Part shown: positions 20,759 through 29,140 of the stretch, piece after piece
How positions within the stretch are numbered: the stretch's first letter is position 1
How the letters are laid out: each line of letters starts with the position of its first letter
Source of the DNA: an uncultured Dehalococcoidales bacterium
GTDB taxonomy: Bacteria; Chloroflexota; Dehalococcoidia; Dehalococcoidales; UBA2162
Assembly: GCA_964493985.1 (NCBI GenBank)
Contig: CAZBQL010000002.1
Coordinates: forward strand, 2,824-66,823
Length of the DNA: 64,000 nucleotides
Direction: 5' to 3'
Translations under genes and position numbers: made by a program
The notes under the pieces: generated by a model
Told to the model about the DNA's origin: nothing
Databases searched by the model: none
Seen by the model: only the letters and a program-made list of their open reading frames with translations

Positions 20759-21448
20759 TTAGCATTCTATTTCCATTCCGTCGTAACCCGTTATCACTGA
20801 AACTCCGTCACTCTTTCCCAGGTCGTTCAGCTTTTTTCTGGCTTCACCGATGTCATTGAAAAACCAGGTCCCAAAATGGATAAACAAGATTTTGCCGGTA
20901 AACTGCTTGAAGATTCGAATCAAATCGGGAATTCCCGCGTGACCGTAAAGTTGTCCGGTCTCCTTGTCCTTTCTTATCATGCCACCACGGCGCAGGTAGC
21001 TGCCATCGGTAATCACCAGGCTCAGCCCAGAGAGCAAGGAGTGGTATTCCTTGTTTATCCAGATGACGTCCCCGGTATAAAGGATCCGTTTTTCGCCGTC
21101 ATCGACGAGAAAAGCTGTGGATTTCACTTTCTTACTGTGGTGGGTAGGGATAGGTGTAACCTGATATGTATCGTAGAGAATCATATGCTCGGGTTCCGTT
21201 AAATGGGTAACTCCGGGCACTTTTTCAGGAGCGTAAAACTCAATGCCATAATCATGGCCATCATTGATAAAGAAAGCATGGTCAGGGTGGAGATGGGTAA
21301 TGAACACACAGCCTGGTTTCAGGTCGAGGAACTCTTTTTCCCCCACGTCCAGCATCAGTTTTCCATCTATCAAGACTCCTGAGTGTTTCGAGTGGCGAGG
21401 TGCTGAAGACTTGATTTCCCCCCTTGTTCCCAATATGCGTAGCTTCAT
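20759..21448 (-). CDS. MBL-fold metallo-hydrolase
   Basis: The HxHxDH motif (ITHLHPDHAF) is present along with later conserved His/Asp positions. Length is 229 aa. Confidence 0.7.
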   Translation of the reverse strand: MKLRILGTRGEIKSSAPRHSKHSGVLIDGKLMLDVGEKEFLDLKPGCVFITHLHPDHAFFINDGHDYGIEFYAPEKVPGVTHLTEPEHMILYDTYQVTPIPTHHSKKVKSTAFLVDDGEKRILYTGDVIWINKEYHSLLSGLSLVITDGSYLRRGGMIRKDKETGQLYGHAGIPDLIRIFKQFTGKILFIHFGTWFFNDIGEARKKLNDLGKSDGVSVITGYDGMEIEC

Positions 21449-21539
21449 ATTCGCACGTCCTGAAAACTCTGCCCGCTATCTGTGCCGTTTAATTTCTTAA
21501 GGTTCTTCCCCCATCCTTCAGGCATATTTCTATCCCTCA

Positions 21540-22280
21540 TTACATTTTATCTTCCAGTAATTCTATCAGGCTCAGAGCATTTTGAGGGGCATAGCCGTTC
21601 TGATCATTGTCGAAATAGCAATACACGTCTTTACCATCCCCCGCCCAGGTTGAAATGGCTTCCGTCCAGTCGGAAAGAGCACCTTTATCGTATTTACCCC
21701 TGTAGGCGCCCTCAGGACCGTGAAGACGAATATAGATGAAGTCGGTTGTGACCGGGCGGGGTGATTGTCTTCCATCGAAATCATAAATGCAAAATGCGAC
21801 TTTCTTTTTGACCAGTAGATTCTCGGTATCCTGACCGAACCATGTGGTATCGCGAAATTCAAAAGAATAGCGATAAACACCTGGAAGCGCGTCTAAAAAC
21901 TCCTCGAGCCGGTCAAGGTTAACTTTCCATTTGGGAGGAAGCTGAAACAGAACCGGCCCTGCCTTATCACCCAGGACTTCGATTATGCTGAAAAATTTCC
22001 TTGTAGATTCTTCCGGGTCTTTGAGCTTTTTCATGTGAGTAATATAACGGCTGGCCTTGATAGAGAATACAAAACCGTCGGGTACTGTATCGCGCCATGA
22101 AGCCATGGTCTTTTCTGTAGGTAGCTGATAAAAAGTATTATTGATTTCAGTCGTCTGAAACTGCTTGGCGTAAAACATCAGAAAATCTTCAGATGATGTC
22201 TCTTTGGGGTATAAGGGACCTTTCCAGTGCCCGTAATGCCATCCGGAGGTCCCGATGTATATCTTTCCTTTCCTGCTCAA
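21540..22280 (-). CDS. DUF72 (YecE-like) family protein
   Basis: IYIGTSGWHYGHWKGPLYP and FQTTEINNTFYQLP are the typical DUF72 N-terminal signatures. The start is TTG with GGAGG 6 nt upstream. Confidence 0.8.
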   Translation of the reverse strand: MSRKGKIYIGTSGWHYGHWKGPLYPKETSSEDFLMFYAKQFQTTEINNTFYQLPTEKTMASWRDTVPDGFVFSIKASRYITHMKKLKDPEESTRKFFSIIEVLGDKAGPVLFQLPPKWKVNLDRLEEFLDALPGVYRYSFEFRDTTWFGQDTENLLVKKKVAFCIYDFDGRQSPRPVTTDFIYIRLHGPEGAYRGKYDKGALSDWTEAISTWAGDGKDVYCYFDNDQNGYAPQNALSLIELLEDKM

Positions 22281-22700
22281 TGCCTGCCTCCCCGACGCGG
22301 ATTATTTCTCCGAAATGAGCGCTTCAAACCCGCCTTATCGAGGCTTTTAACGTCATGAATAGAAATCATTCTATAAATACATCGATAAAAAAGTCATAAA
22401 AAGAGTAACAAGAATATTACAAATATATAGCATTTTAAAGGTCTGGCAGTCAGACAGTGGACCAGGTCGAACATCACTTTTCGAGTACGATGTCTCACAA
22501 GAATTTACCTCGAAGCTTCCGGGAGTCTCTTCAAATGATATAAATTTGTATTATTTCTGCCTTGCATTTTATGACATTGTCATATTACAGGAATTATGCT
22601 GGAGCAGGTTCATAATATATCACGCTAAACCAGAAGAGCAATTTATCATTTTTCCGAAATCAATTTGCCTGTTTAAAGTGCAAAGGGGGGCAGACATCTC

Positions 22701-24977
22701 ATGGATACGGTATATTCATTCAGAGATGGTTTTCACGACAAAGACCAGCTAGGGAACAAAGGTGCCAATCTTGTCATTATGAGCCAGTTAGGCCTGCCCG
22801 TACCCCCGGGCTTTGCGGTATCCATCGATGCCTATAAGAAATGGAAAGATACCGGTACGCTTCCCGAAAATGAAATCAAGCAATCAATGTCAATCCTGGA
22901 GACGGATATAGGGCGAGAGATGGGGCAGGGACTGGAAGTATCAGTACGTTCTTCTGCTCCTGTATCCATGCCCGGAATGATGGACACGCTGCTTAATATC
23001 GGAGACTACGCTAATATGCTGGCTGCCATCCGTCGTATATTTGAGTCGTGGGATAATTTAAGGGCTGTCGAATACCGGCGCCTGAACAATATACCAACCA
23101 CTCTTGGCACGGCGGCAGTCGTTCAAGCCATGGTCTACGGCAATCGTGACGAAAATTCCGGTACCGGAGTTGCCTTTTCCCGCAATCCCAACTCCGGCAT
23201 CAAGGATCTTTTTGGCGAATATCTTCGCCAAGCCCAGGGTGAAGCCATTGTTTCAGGAGAACGCACGCCTGAACCGATATCCGCTTTGAAGTCAGTCTTA
23301 CCTCAAGTTTTTGCAGAACTTCAGGAGATTGCTGATAGACTGGAGCGTCACTTCTGCGACATGCAGGACATCGAATTTACTGTTGAGTCCGGTAAACTGT
23401 ACATTCTTCAAACACGTACGGGAAAAAGGAGTGGATATGCTGCCATAAAGATTGCCACTGATCTGGTCTCGGAGGGTATCATCACGCGCCAGGAGAGCAT
23501 CATGCGTATTACAGTCAATGATATCCGTGGCCTTTTGCATAAACGTCTCACGGCGAACAGCTACAAGCCGTTTGCCAGGGGGCTTAACGCTGCTCCCGGG
23601 GCGGCCGCCGGGAAAATCGTTTTTGATGCGCATGATGCCCTGGCCATGGCCAGAAAAGGTGTACCGATTATCCTGGTACGCCCTGAGACGAATCCCGATG
23701 ATATACAGGGTATCGCCGCAGCTGATGGTGTCTTGACCTTACGGGGAGGTCTCACCTCTCATGCTGCTATAGTTACCCGCAGTATGGGTAAACCGTGCGT
23801 CTGTGGTGCGGAAGGTATCGGCATTAATCTGGAAACCCGACAACTGACCAGCAATAAAATCATGCTAAATGAAGGGGACGAGATAACTATCGACGGCACT
23901 GCCGGTGACATATTTCTCGGTATCCTGCCGCTTGAAGAGGCAAGCATGACCTCTGAGCTCGGGGAAATACTGAGTTGGGCAGACGGGTTCAAGAGACTCG
24001 GCGTCCGGGCCAACGCCGACACGCCTGAGATGATCGCCCAGGCAAGAAACCTGGGGGCGGAAGGTATCGGGCTGTGTCGTACGGAACGGATGTTCAACGC
24101 TCCCGAAAGACTCTCGGAAATACGTGAGTTCATTCTTGCCGGAAGCGATGCAGAGAGGAAGTCGGCAATCTCGCATCTCCTGGAACTACAGACTGAAGAC
24201 TTCACCGCTCTTTTCCGCGAGCTTCAAGGTCTTCCCATTATCGTCCGTCTACTGGACCTGCCGTTACACGAGTTTCTGCCGGGAGAAGCGACAGCAGATG
24301 ACCCGCGGATGAAACAACGCATCGAAGAGCTAAAGGAGATTAATCCGATGCTCGGTCACCGTGGCGTGAGGCTTGCCGTTACTACCCCTGAGATATACCA
24401 GATGCAGATAGAGGCTATCCAGCGAGCATGGAATCAGGTACCGGCGGACGTTTCTATCATGGTACCCCAGGTGGTCACCTCGCAGGAAGCATTGAATGTT
24501 AAAAGCCTGCTCAAAGGTGTAACTCTTAAATTTGGCGTGATGATAGAGACAGTACGGTCCTGCATGCGTGCCGAACGATTAGCCAAAGAGGTAGACTTTT
24601 TCTCATTTGGTACGAACGATCTCACCCAGGCAGTGTTTTCTTTCAGCCGGGAAGATGCCGAGAAAAAGTTCCTTTCGACGTACCTTGAGCTGGGCATACT
24701 CCTGGACAATCCCTTCGAGGTATTAGACGTGAATGGAGTCGGGCAACTCATGGAGACAGCCATATTCTGGGCAAGACGAGTGAAGAGGGACATAGAGATC
24801 GGCGTTTGCGGTGAGCAAGCCGGCGAGCCCCGGTCCATCAAATATCTGCATGGTATTGGAGTGGACTACGTCAGTTGCAGCCCGTTTCGAATACCCATAG
24901 CCAGGCTGGTAGCAGCCCAGAGTGCTATTGCTGGTAAAAAAGAAACATCACAAGTCGGTGCGGTCAGTGAAAAATAA
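22701..24977 (+). CDS. ppdK: Pyruvate, phosphate dikinase, compact form
   Basis: PPDK signatures are present: LGNKGANL, SVRSSAPVSMPGMMDTLLNIG, FESWDNLRAVEYRR, phosphohistidine loop RGGLTSHAAIVTRSMGKPCVCG, NADTPE, GIGLCRTERMF, FFSFGTNDLTQ, VSCSPFRIPIARL. At 758 aa it is short for the family (see finding). Confidence 0.85.
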   Translation: MDTVYSFRDGFHDKDQLGNKGANLVIMSQLGLPVPPGFAVSIDAYKKWKDTGTLPENEIKQSMSILETDIGREMGQGLEVSVRSSAPVSMPGMMDTLLNIGDYANMLAAIRRIFESWDNLRAVEYRRLNNIPTTLGTAAVVQAMVYGNRDENSGTGVAFSRNPNSGIKDLFGEYLRQAQGEAIVSGERTPEPISALKSVLPQVFAELQEIADRLERHFCDMQDIEFTVESGKLYILQTRTGKRSGYAAIKIATDLVSEGIITRQESIMRITVNDIRGLLHKRLTANSYKPFARGLNAAPGAAAGKIVFDAHDALAMARKGVPIILVRPETNPDDIQGIAAADGVLTLRGGLTSHAAIVTRSMGKPCVCGAEGIGINLETRQLTSNKIMLNEGDEITIDGTAGDIFLGILPLEEASMTSELGEILSWADGFKRLGVRANADTPEMIAQARNLGAEGIGLCRTERMFNAPERLSEIREFILAGSDAERKSAISHLLELQTEDFTALFRELQGLPIIVRLLDLPLHEFLPGEATADDPRMKQRIEELKEINPMLGHRGVRLAVTTPEIYQMQIEAIQRAWNQVPADVSIMVPQVVTSQEALNVKSLLKGVTLKFGVMIETVRSCMRAERLAKEVDFFSFGTNDLTQAVFSFSREDAEKKFLSTYLELGILLDNPFEVLDVNGVGQLMETAIFWARRVKRDIEIGVCGEQAGEPRSIKYLHGIGVDYVSCSPFRIPIARLVAAQSAIAGKKETSQVGAVSEK

Positions 24978-25022
24978 GATATCGATATCTACGTTAATTG
25001 AGTTCAAAAGGAGAGTGGTCCA

Positions 25023-25730
25023 ATGACAACAACAGCTGAAAAAACATTAATAGCTAACGGACTTGAGAGGAAGAAACCCGTTATCCAGCAGAACATGATA
25101 TTATGGTCAGACCTCTACCCTTCCCGTTACGTATGGCACTACCAGAGGAGCCATCCATACCAGGTTCTCATCGGCGAGATACTGGTGGAGAAAACCAGGC
25201 ATGATGTAGCGACCATACACGAACGATTCCTTCAGTTCTTCCCTTCCTTCGCTGACCTGGCAGCAGCTGACGAAGAGAAACTAAGCGAAGTGCTTGTCAG
25301 TCTTCATCTGGAAGAGCATCAACGGTTGTTCAAACAGATAGTGAAGGGGCTGGCAACACTGGATGAACTGCCGCGTGATTATGATGGTATCGCCGAGATT
25401 TCCGGATTAAAACACGAAGGTATAAAGGCGATGCTATGTTTTGGGTACGGTTTACCCGTGGGCGTCGTTAACAAGCACGTTTTCAGAATGTTGACGCGAA
25501 TCTTTGCTAATGAACTTCCACCTTTACCGTCAGCCGGACTTATCGAAGCTATAGGAGAAAGCCTTGCGTTTGTCGCAGACCCGCAAAAGTATAATGGGGC
25601 AATGCTTGACGTAAGTGAATTGATATGCCGGTCTAAGGTCCCAAGCTGCCGGGACTGTCCGGTTTATTCTCAATGTGACTATGCAATCGATGTTCAGAAG
25701 TCAAAACCTCTGGTTCAAAAAGTAGCTTGA
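25023..25730 (+). CDS. HhH-GPD superfamily protein (MutY/Nth-like catalytic domain with [4Fe-4S] cluster loop)
   Basis: YQVLIGEILVEKTRHDVA resembles the MutY helix carrying the catalytic Glu. An HhH region follows. The C-terminal C-x6-C-x2-C-x5-C motif (CRSKVPSCRDCPVYSQC) matches the iron-sulfur cluster loop. No NUDIX-like C-terminal domain is present. Confidence 0.7.
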   Translation: MTTTAEKTLIANGLERKKPVIQQNMILWSDLYPSRYVWHYQRSHPYQVLIGEILVEKTRHDVATIHERFLQFFPSFADLAAADEEKLSEVLVSLHLEEHQRLFKQIVKGLATLDELPRDYDGIAEISGLKHEGIKAMLCFGYGLPVGVVNKHVFRMLTRIFANELPPLPSAGLIEAIGESLAFVADPQKYNGAMLDVSELICRSKVPSCRDCPVYSQCDYAIDVQKSKPLVQKVA

Positions 25731-25803
25731 AACTCATCACAGCCAGGCAACATAGTGAAAAAAATGCATATAAAATAGAAAGAAAGTTTTACAGGTAAAA
25801 TTA

Positions 25804-27939
25804 ATGCCACGTGATTGCGGAACAGAAGTAAAACTACCGGAGCGAATAGACAGGCTCGATGAGCTTGCCTACAACCTCTGGTGGAGCTGGCACCCGGAAG
25901 CCCGTAATCTGTTTCGTAAATTGGACCATCCGCTCTGGTCAGAGAGTAACCATAATCCGGTAAAGCAACTCCGCGAAATCTCCGAACAGACATTGCAATC
26001 AGCAGCTTCGGATGAGCACTTTATCCGTTCATATGATGCCGTTATGGCTGCTTTTGACGCCGAAATGGCCTCCGTCGGTAACCGGATCGATAGCGGTAAC
26101 GACCATTTGCCGTTGGTGGCGTTTTTCTCCATGGAATTTGCCATCCATCAATCTTTACCGATGTATGCCGGCGGACTTGGTATCCTTGCCGGTGATATCT
26201 GTAAAGAAGCCAGCGACCTTGGTTTACCTGTCGTCGCTCTTGGGTTCATGTATCCGCAAGGATACTTCTTCCAGCGTGTTTCATCGGATGGATGGCAGGA
26301 AGAGGTATATCAGCTCCTTGATTTCAACACCGCTCCTTTGAGCTCTTGTCCCGACAGAGAAGGAAATGAACTGCTGCTGGAAATGCGGCTTGGTAATCAG
26401 AGACTACTTATTAAGGTATGGCTGGTCCGCATTGGTAAAATAAATCTCTACCTCCTGGACACTGATCTGGTGGAAAATACTCCGCAAGACCGGCTGCTTA
26501 CCGCACGTCTATACACTGCTGATAAAGAACAGAGGTTAAAGCAGGAAATGGTGCTTGGCATTGGCGGTGTCCGGGTCTTACAGGCACTTGGACTTGAACC
26601 TTCGGTCTGGCACGCGAATGAAGGACATACTTCTTTCATGATGCTGGAGCGGCTGCGGCAGGAGGTGGAGAAAGGTTCCTCCTTCTCTGAAGGAATGAAT
26701 AAGGTACAAACGACAACGCTTTTCACCACTCATACGCCGGTAGCAGCCGGTCACGATGTTTTTCCTGTATCCATGGTGCACAGGCATCTTAGAGACTGTT
26801 TTGGAAAGGATGAATCATACTGGCAGGAATTTCTGGACCTGGGTAAATATCCAAACGTAAATGATGGCAACTTTAACATGACCGTCCTTGGTTTCAGATT
26901 ATCCGGTATTCGTAATGCCGTCAGTGCAATCCACGAAAAGACCAGTCAAACAATGTGGCAGCCTGTCTTGTCTGCGACTACCGAAAAAACTGAACCGATC
27001 ACCCGGGTAACTAACGGCGTACATCTGCCCACATGGATCGCCCCGGAAATGAGCGAGTTATACGCCAGACATCTGGGTACCAGCTGGCTGGAAGCACAGG
27101 ACGACGCCAAACTGTGGGAAAAAATAGAATCAATCCCTGATGAAGAATTATGGGCGGTCCGGCAGGTATTAAAAAGAACTCTGGTCCAAATAATGCTGGC
27201 GCGTAACAGGGAGTGTTCCAGCACGCGCGTATGCAGTGCCGACCAGGTATTAGCTCGAGGAGCCATGTTTGACGTCGATACATTAACTATTGGTTTTGGC
27301 CGGCGATTTACCGAATACAAGCGACCGGAGTTAATTTTGAGTGACACCCAACTCCTGAAAAAGATTCTGACTGACCAAAAGCGGCCTGTACAGCTTGTAT
27401 TCGCCGGTAAATCTCATCCGGCGGACTTTGCTTCTAAAAGCCTTCTCAATAGAGTGTATGCGTCAGCGCTGGACCGAAATTTTGAAGGGCGGATTGCATT
27501 CATCGAGGACTACGATATCCACCTGGCACATAACCTTGTATCAGGAGTCGATGTCTGGCTTAACACGCCGCGCAGACTTGAAGAAGCCTGCGGTACCAGC
27601 GGAATGAAAGCCGCACTTAACGGGACGCTTAACTTCAGTGTGCCCGATGGATGGTGGTACGAAGTTTTTAATCAGTCTAATGGCTGGATAATTGGTAACT
27701 TTGATAAGCCAAAAGAGTTATCGCAAGAGGATATTGAAGATGCCCGTTCACTATATGAGACCTTGGGTAACAGCATAATACCGCTTTATTATGAACGTGA
27801 CCGCGCCGGAATTCCACATGGCTGGGTCCGCATGATCAAAGACTCTATCTGCTCGATCGTACCGCGAATTTGTGCTCGCCGGATGATGCATGAATATTAC
27901 AACCTGTATCGCGCCCTATCTCTAAATAAATATAAGTAA
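25804..27939 (+). CDS. glgP: Alpha-glucan phosphorylase (GT35, short maltodextrin-phosphorylase type)
   Basis: ELAYNLWWSWHPEARNLF is the N-terminal signature of the short alpha-glucan phosphorylase family. YAGGLGILAGD, TTHTPVAAGHD and EACGTSGMKAALNG (pyridoxal-phosphate Lys region) are also present. Confidence 0.85.
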   Translation: MPRDCGTEVKLPERIDRLDELAYNLWWSWHPEARNLFRKLDHPLWSESNHNPVKQLREISEQTLQSAASDEHFIRSYDAVMAAFDAEMASVGNRIDSGNDHLPLVAFFSMEFAIHQSLPMYAGGLGILAGDICKEASDLGLPVVALGFMYPQGYFFQRVSSDGWQEEVYQLLDFNTAPLSSCPDREGNELLLEMRLGNQRLLIKVWLVRIGKINLYLLDTDLVENTPQDRLLTARLYTADKEQRLKQEMVLGIGGVRVLQALGLEPSVWHANEGHTSFMMLERLRQEVEKGSSFSEGMNKVQTTTLFTTHTPVAAGHDVFPVSMVHRHLRDCFGKDESYWQEFLDLGKYPNVNDGNFNMTVLGFRLSGIRNAVSAIHEKTSQTMWQPVLSATTEKTEPITRVTNGVHLPTWIAPEMSELYARHLGTSWLEAQDDAKLWEKIESIPDEELWAVRQVLKRTLVQIMLARNRECSSTRVCSADQVLARGAMFDVDTLTIGFGRRFTEYKRPELILSDTQLLKKILTDQKRPVQLVFAGKSHPADFASKSLLNRVYASALDRNFEGRIAFIEDYDIHLAHNLVSGVDVWLNTPRRLEEACGTSGMKAALNGTLNFSVPDGWWYEVFNQSNGWIIGNFDKPKELSQEDIEDARSLYETLGNSIIPLYYERDRAGIPHGWVRMIKDSICSIVPRICARRMMHEYYNLYRALSLNKYK

Positions 27940-28113
27940 CCACAAACCTGTCCCTGGAGATATCTTAATTTATCTAATCTAAATATAATATCTTTGCTGC
28001 TAATGGAGCCAAAAAGATAAAAGTTACCACCATCGATAAGTTCTGAAGTTGTAGTTAGTACATGAGTTTTTTTACCTTAGCTCTTATTTGGATCCTCAAG
28101 AAGTTTTATTAAT

Positions 28114-28560
28114 TTAACGTTCGTTTTTCTCATATTTCTGTATTATGTTTTTAATTTTGTTAATGTCTGCTTCAAATCTCTTTCTAACCTCGGGAAATCT
28201 CATTGCAGCCGCCGGGTGGTATGTTTCTATATACTCTATTCCTTCGAAGCGGGGTGTTTTCCAGGCCACACGGCCCATGAGAACAATAAGTTTGGGCTTG
28301 ATCCGTTTTATTTCAACTATCAGACACGGCATCCAGCGGGCGATTTCGTGAGCATAGGGCTTTCTATTTCCTGGCGTTGCCTCCTTCACAACCCCTGTCA
28401 CATAGAGTTTACTTCTATCAATACCGTTTTGCTGGAGGACCTTATCCAGGTAACGCCCGGATCTTCCAACGAAAGGCCGTTTTTGCTTTATTTCCTCTTT
28501 ACCGGGATTTTGGCCTACCAGCATAACAATTGCATCATCAGGCCCTTCTCCGAAGTACAT
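28114..28560 (-). CDS. Uracil-DNA glycosylase superfamily protein (family 4/5-like)
   Basis: FGEGPDDAIVMLVGQNPGKEE, RPFVGRSGRYLDKVL, LYVTGVVK and TYHPAA align by eye with family-4 UDG motifs (GEAPG is GQNPG here). I place the start at ATG 28560 (AGGAG 7 nt upstream) rather than the track start at 28617. Confidence 0.65.
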   Translation of the reverse strand: MYFGEGPDDAIVMLVGQNPGKEEIKQKRPFVGRSGRYLDKVLQQNGIDRSKLYVTGVVKEATPGNRKPYAHEIARWMPCLIVEIKRIKPKLIVLMGRVAWKTPRFEGIEYIETYHPAAAMRFPEVRKRFEADINKIKNIIQKYEKNER

Positions 28561-28828
28561 CACTTTTCTCCTTACTAGGTAAATGGTAACTACGAAGTGA
28601 ACCTCCCTGCTCATCACCTTCGAATGCAGTATAATTCGCTCGTCGTGGAGAAATCATAAAATATTTACATTGGAGATGACAAAATTATGACATTTTACGC
28701 TTAACAGGTCTTCAAACTATCCTCCGGTTCTTTTTCAACTGGTCAAGCACTATATCCCTCAAACAGGATCCAGGAAGAATCCAACACTCTTTCTAAACCA
28801 AAACTAATGAATTTGTGCTTTTGATTAC

Positions 28829-29125
28829 CTACACCCGGAAGATTTCTCCAGTTTCCTTGTGTTTCCAGAAGCCTCGCTGCTGCAATGGCCAGTTGAATTT
28901 AACCGCCCCGGGAACGGGACATTCATTGACACATGTGCCGCAGTACCAGCATTCGTCCGGATGTAATATCATAGGGGGCTTTCCTTTCTCACGGTTAGGG
29001 ATATAAACATCTATCGGACACACCTCTACACATCTGTTACAGCCGTTACAGACCTCGGCATTAAAAATTACAGGCTTACTCGGTGTAATCACATTGGGAA
29101 GTGCGTACACTTTTTCTTTCGTCAT
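28829..29125 (-). CDS. 2x[4Fe-4S] ferredoxin subunit, AprB-like
   Basis: Two CxxCxxCxxxCP motifs are present (CNGCNRCVEVCP, CWYCGTCVNECP). The PDECWYCGTC spacing resembles the adenylylsulfate reductase beta N-terminal domain. It is translationally adjacent to the AprA-like gene (AAGGAG before the ATG). Confidence 0.7.
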   Translation of the reverse strand: MTKEKVYALPNVITPSKPVIFNAEVCNGCNRCVEVCPIDVYIPNREKGKPPMILHPDECWYCGTCVNECPVPGAVKFNWPLQQRGFWKHKETGEIFRV

Positions 29126-29140
29126 GATTGAGTCTCCTTT

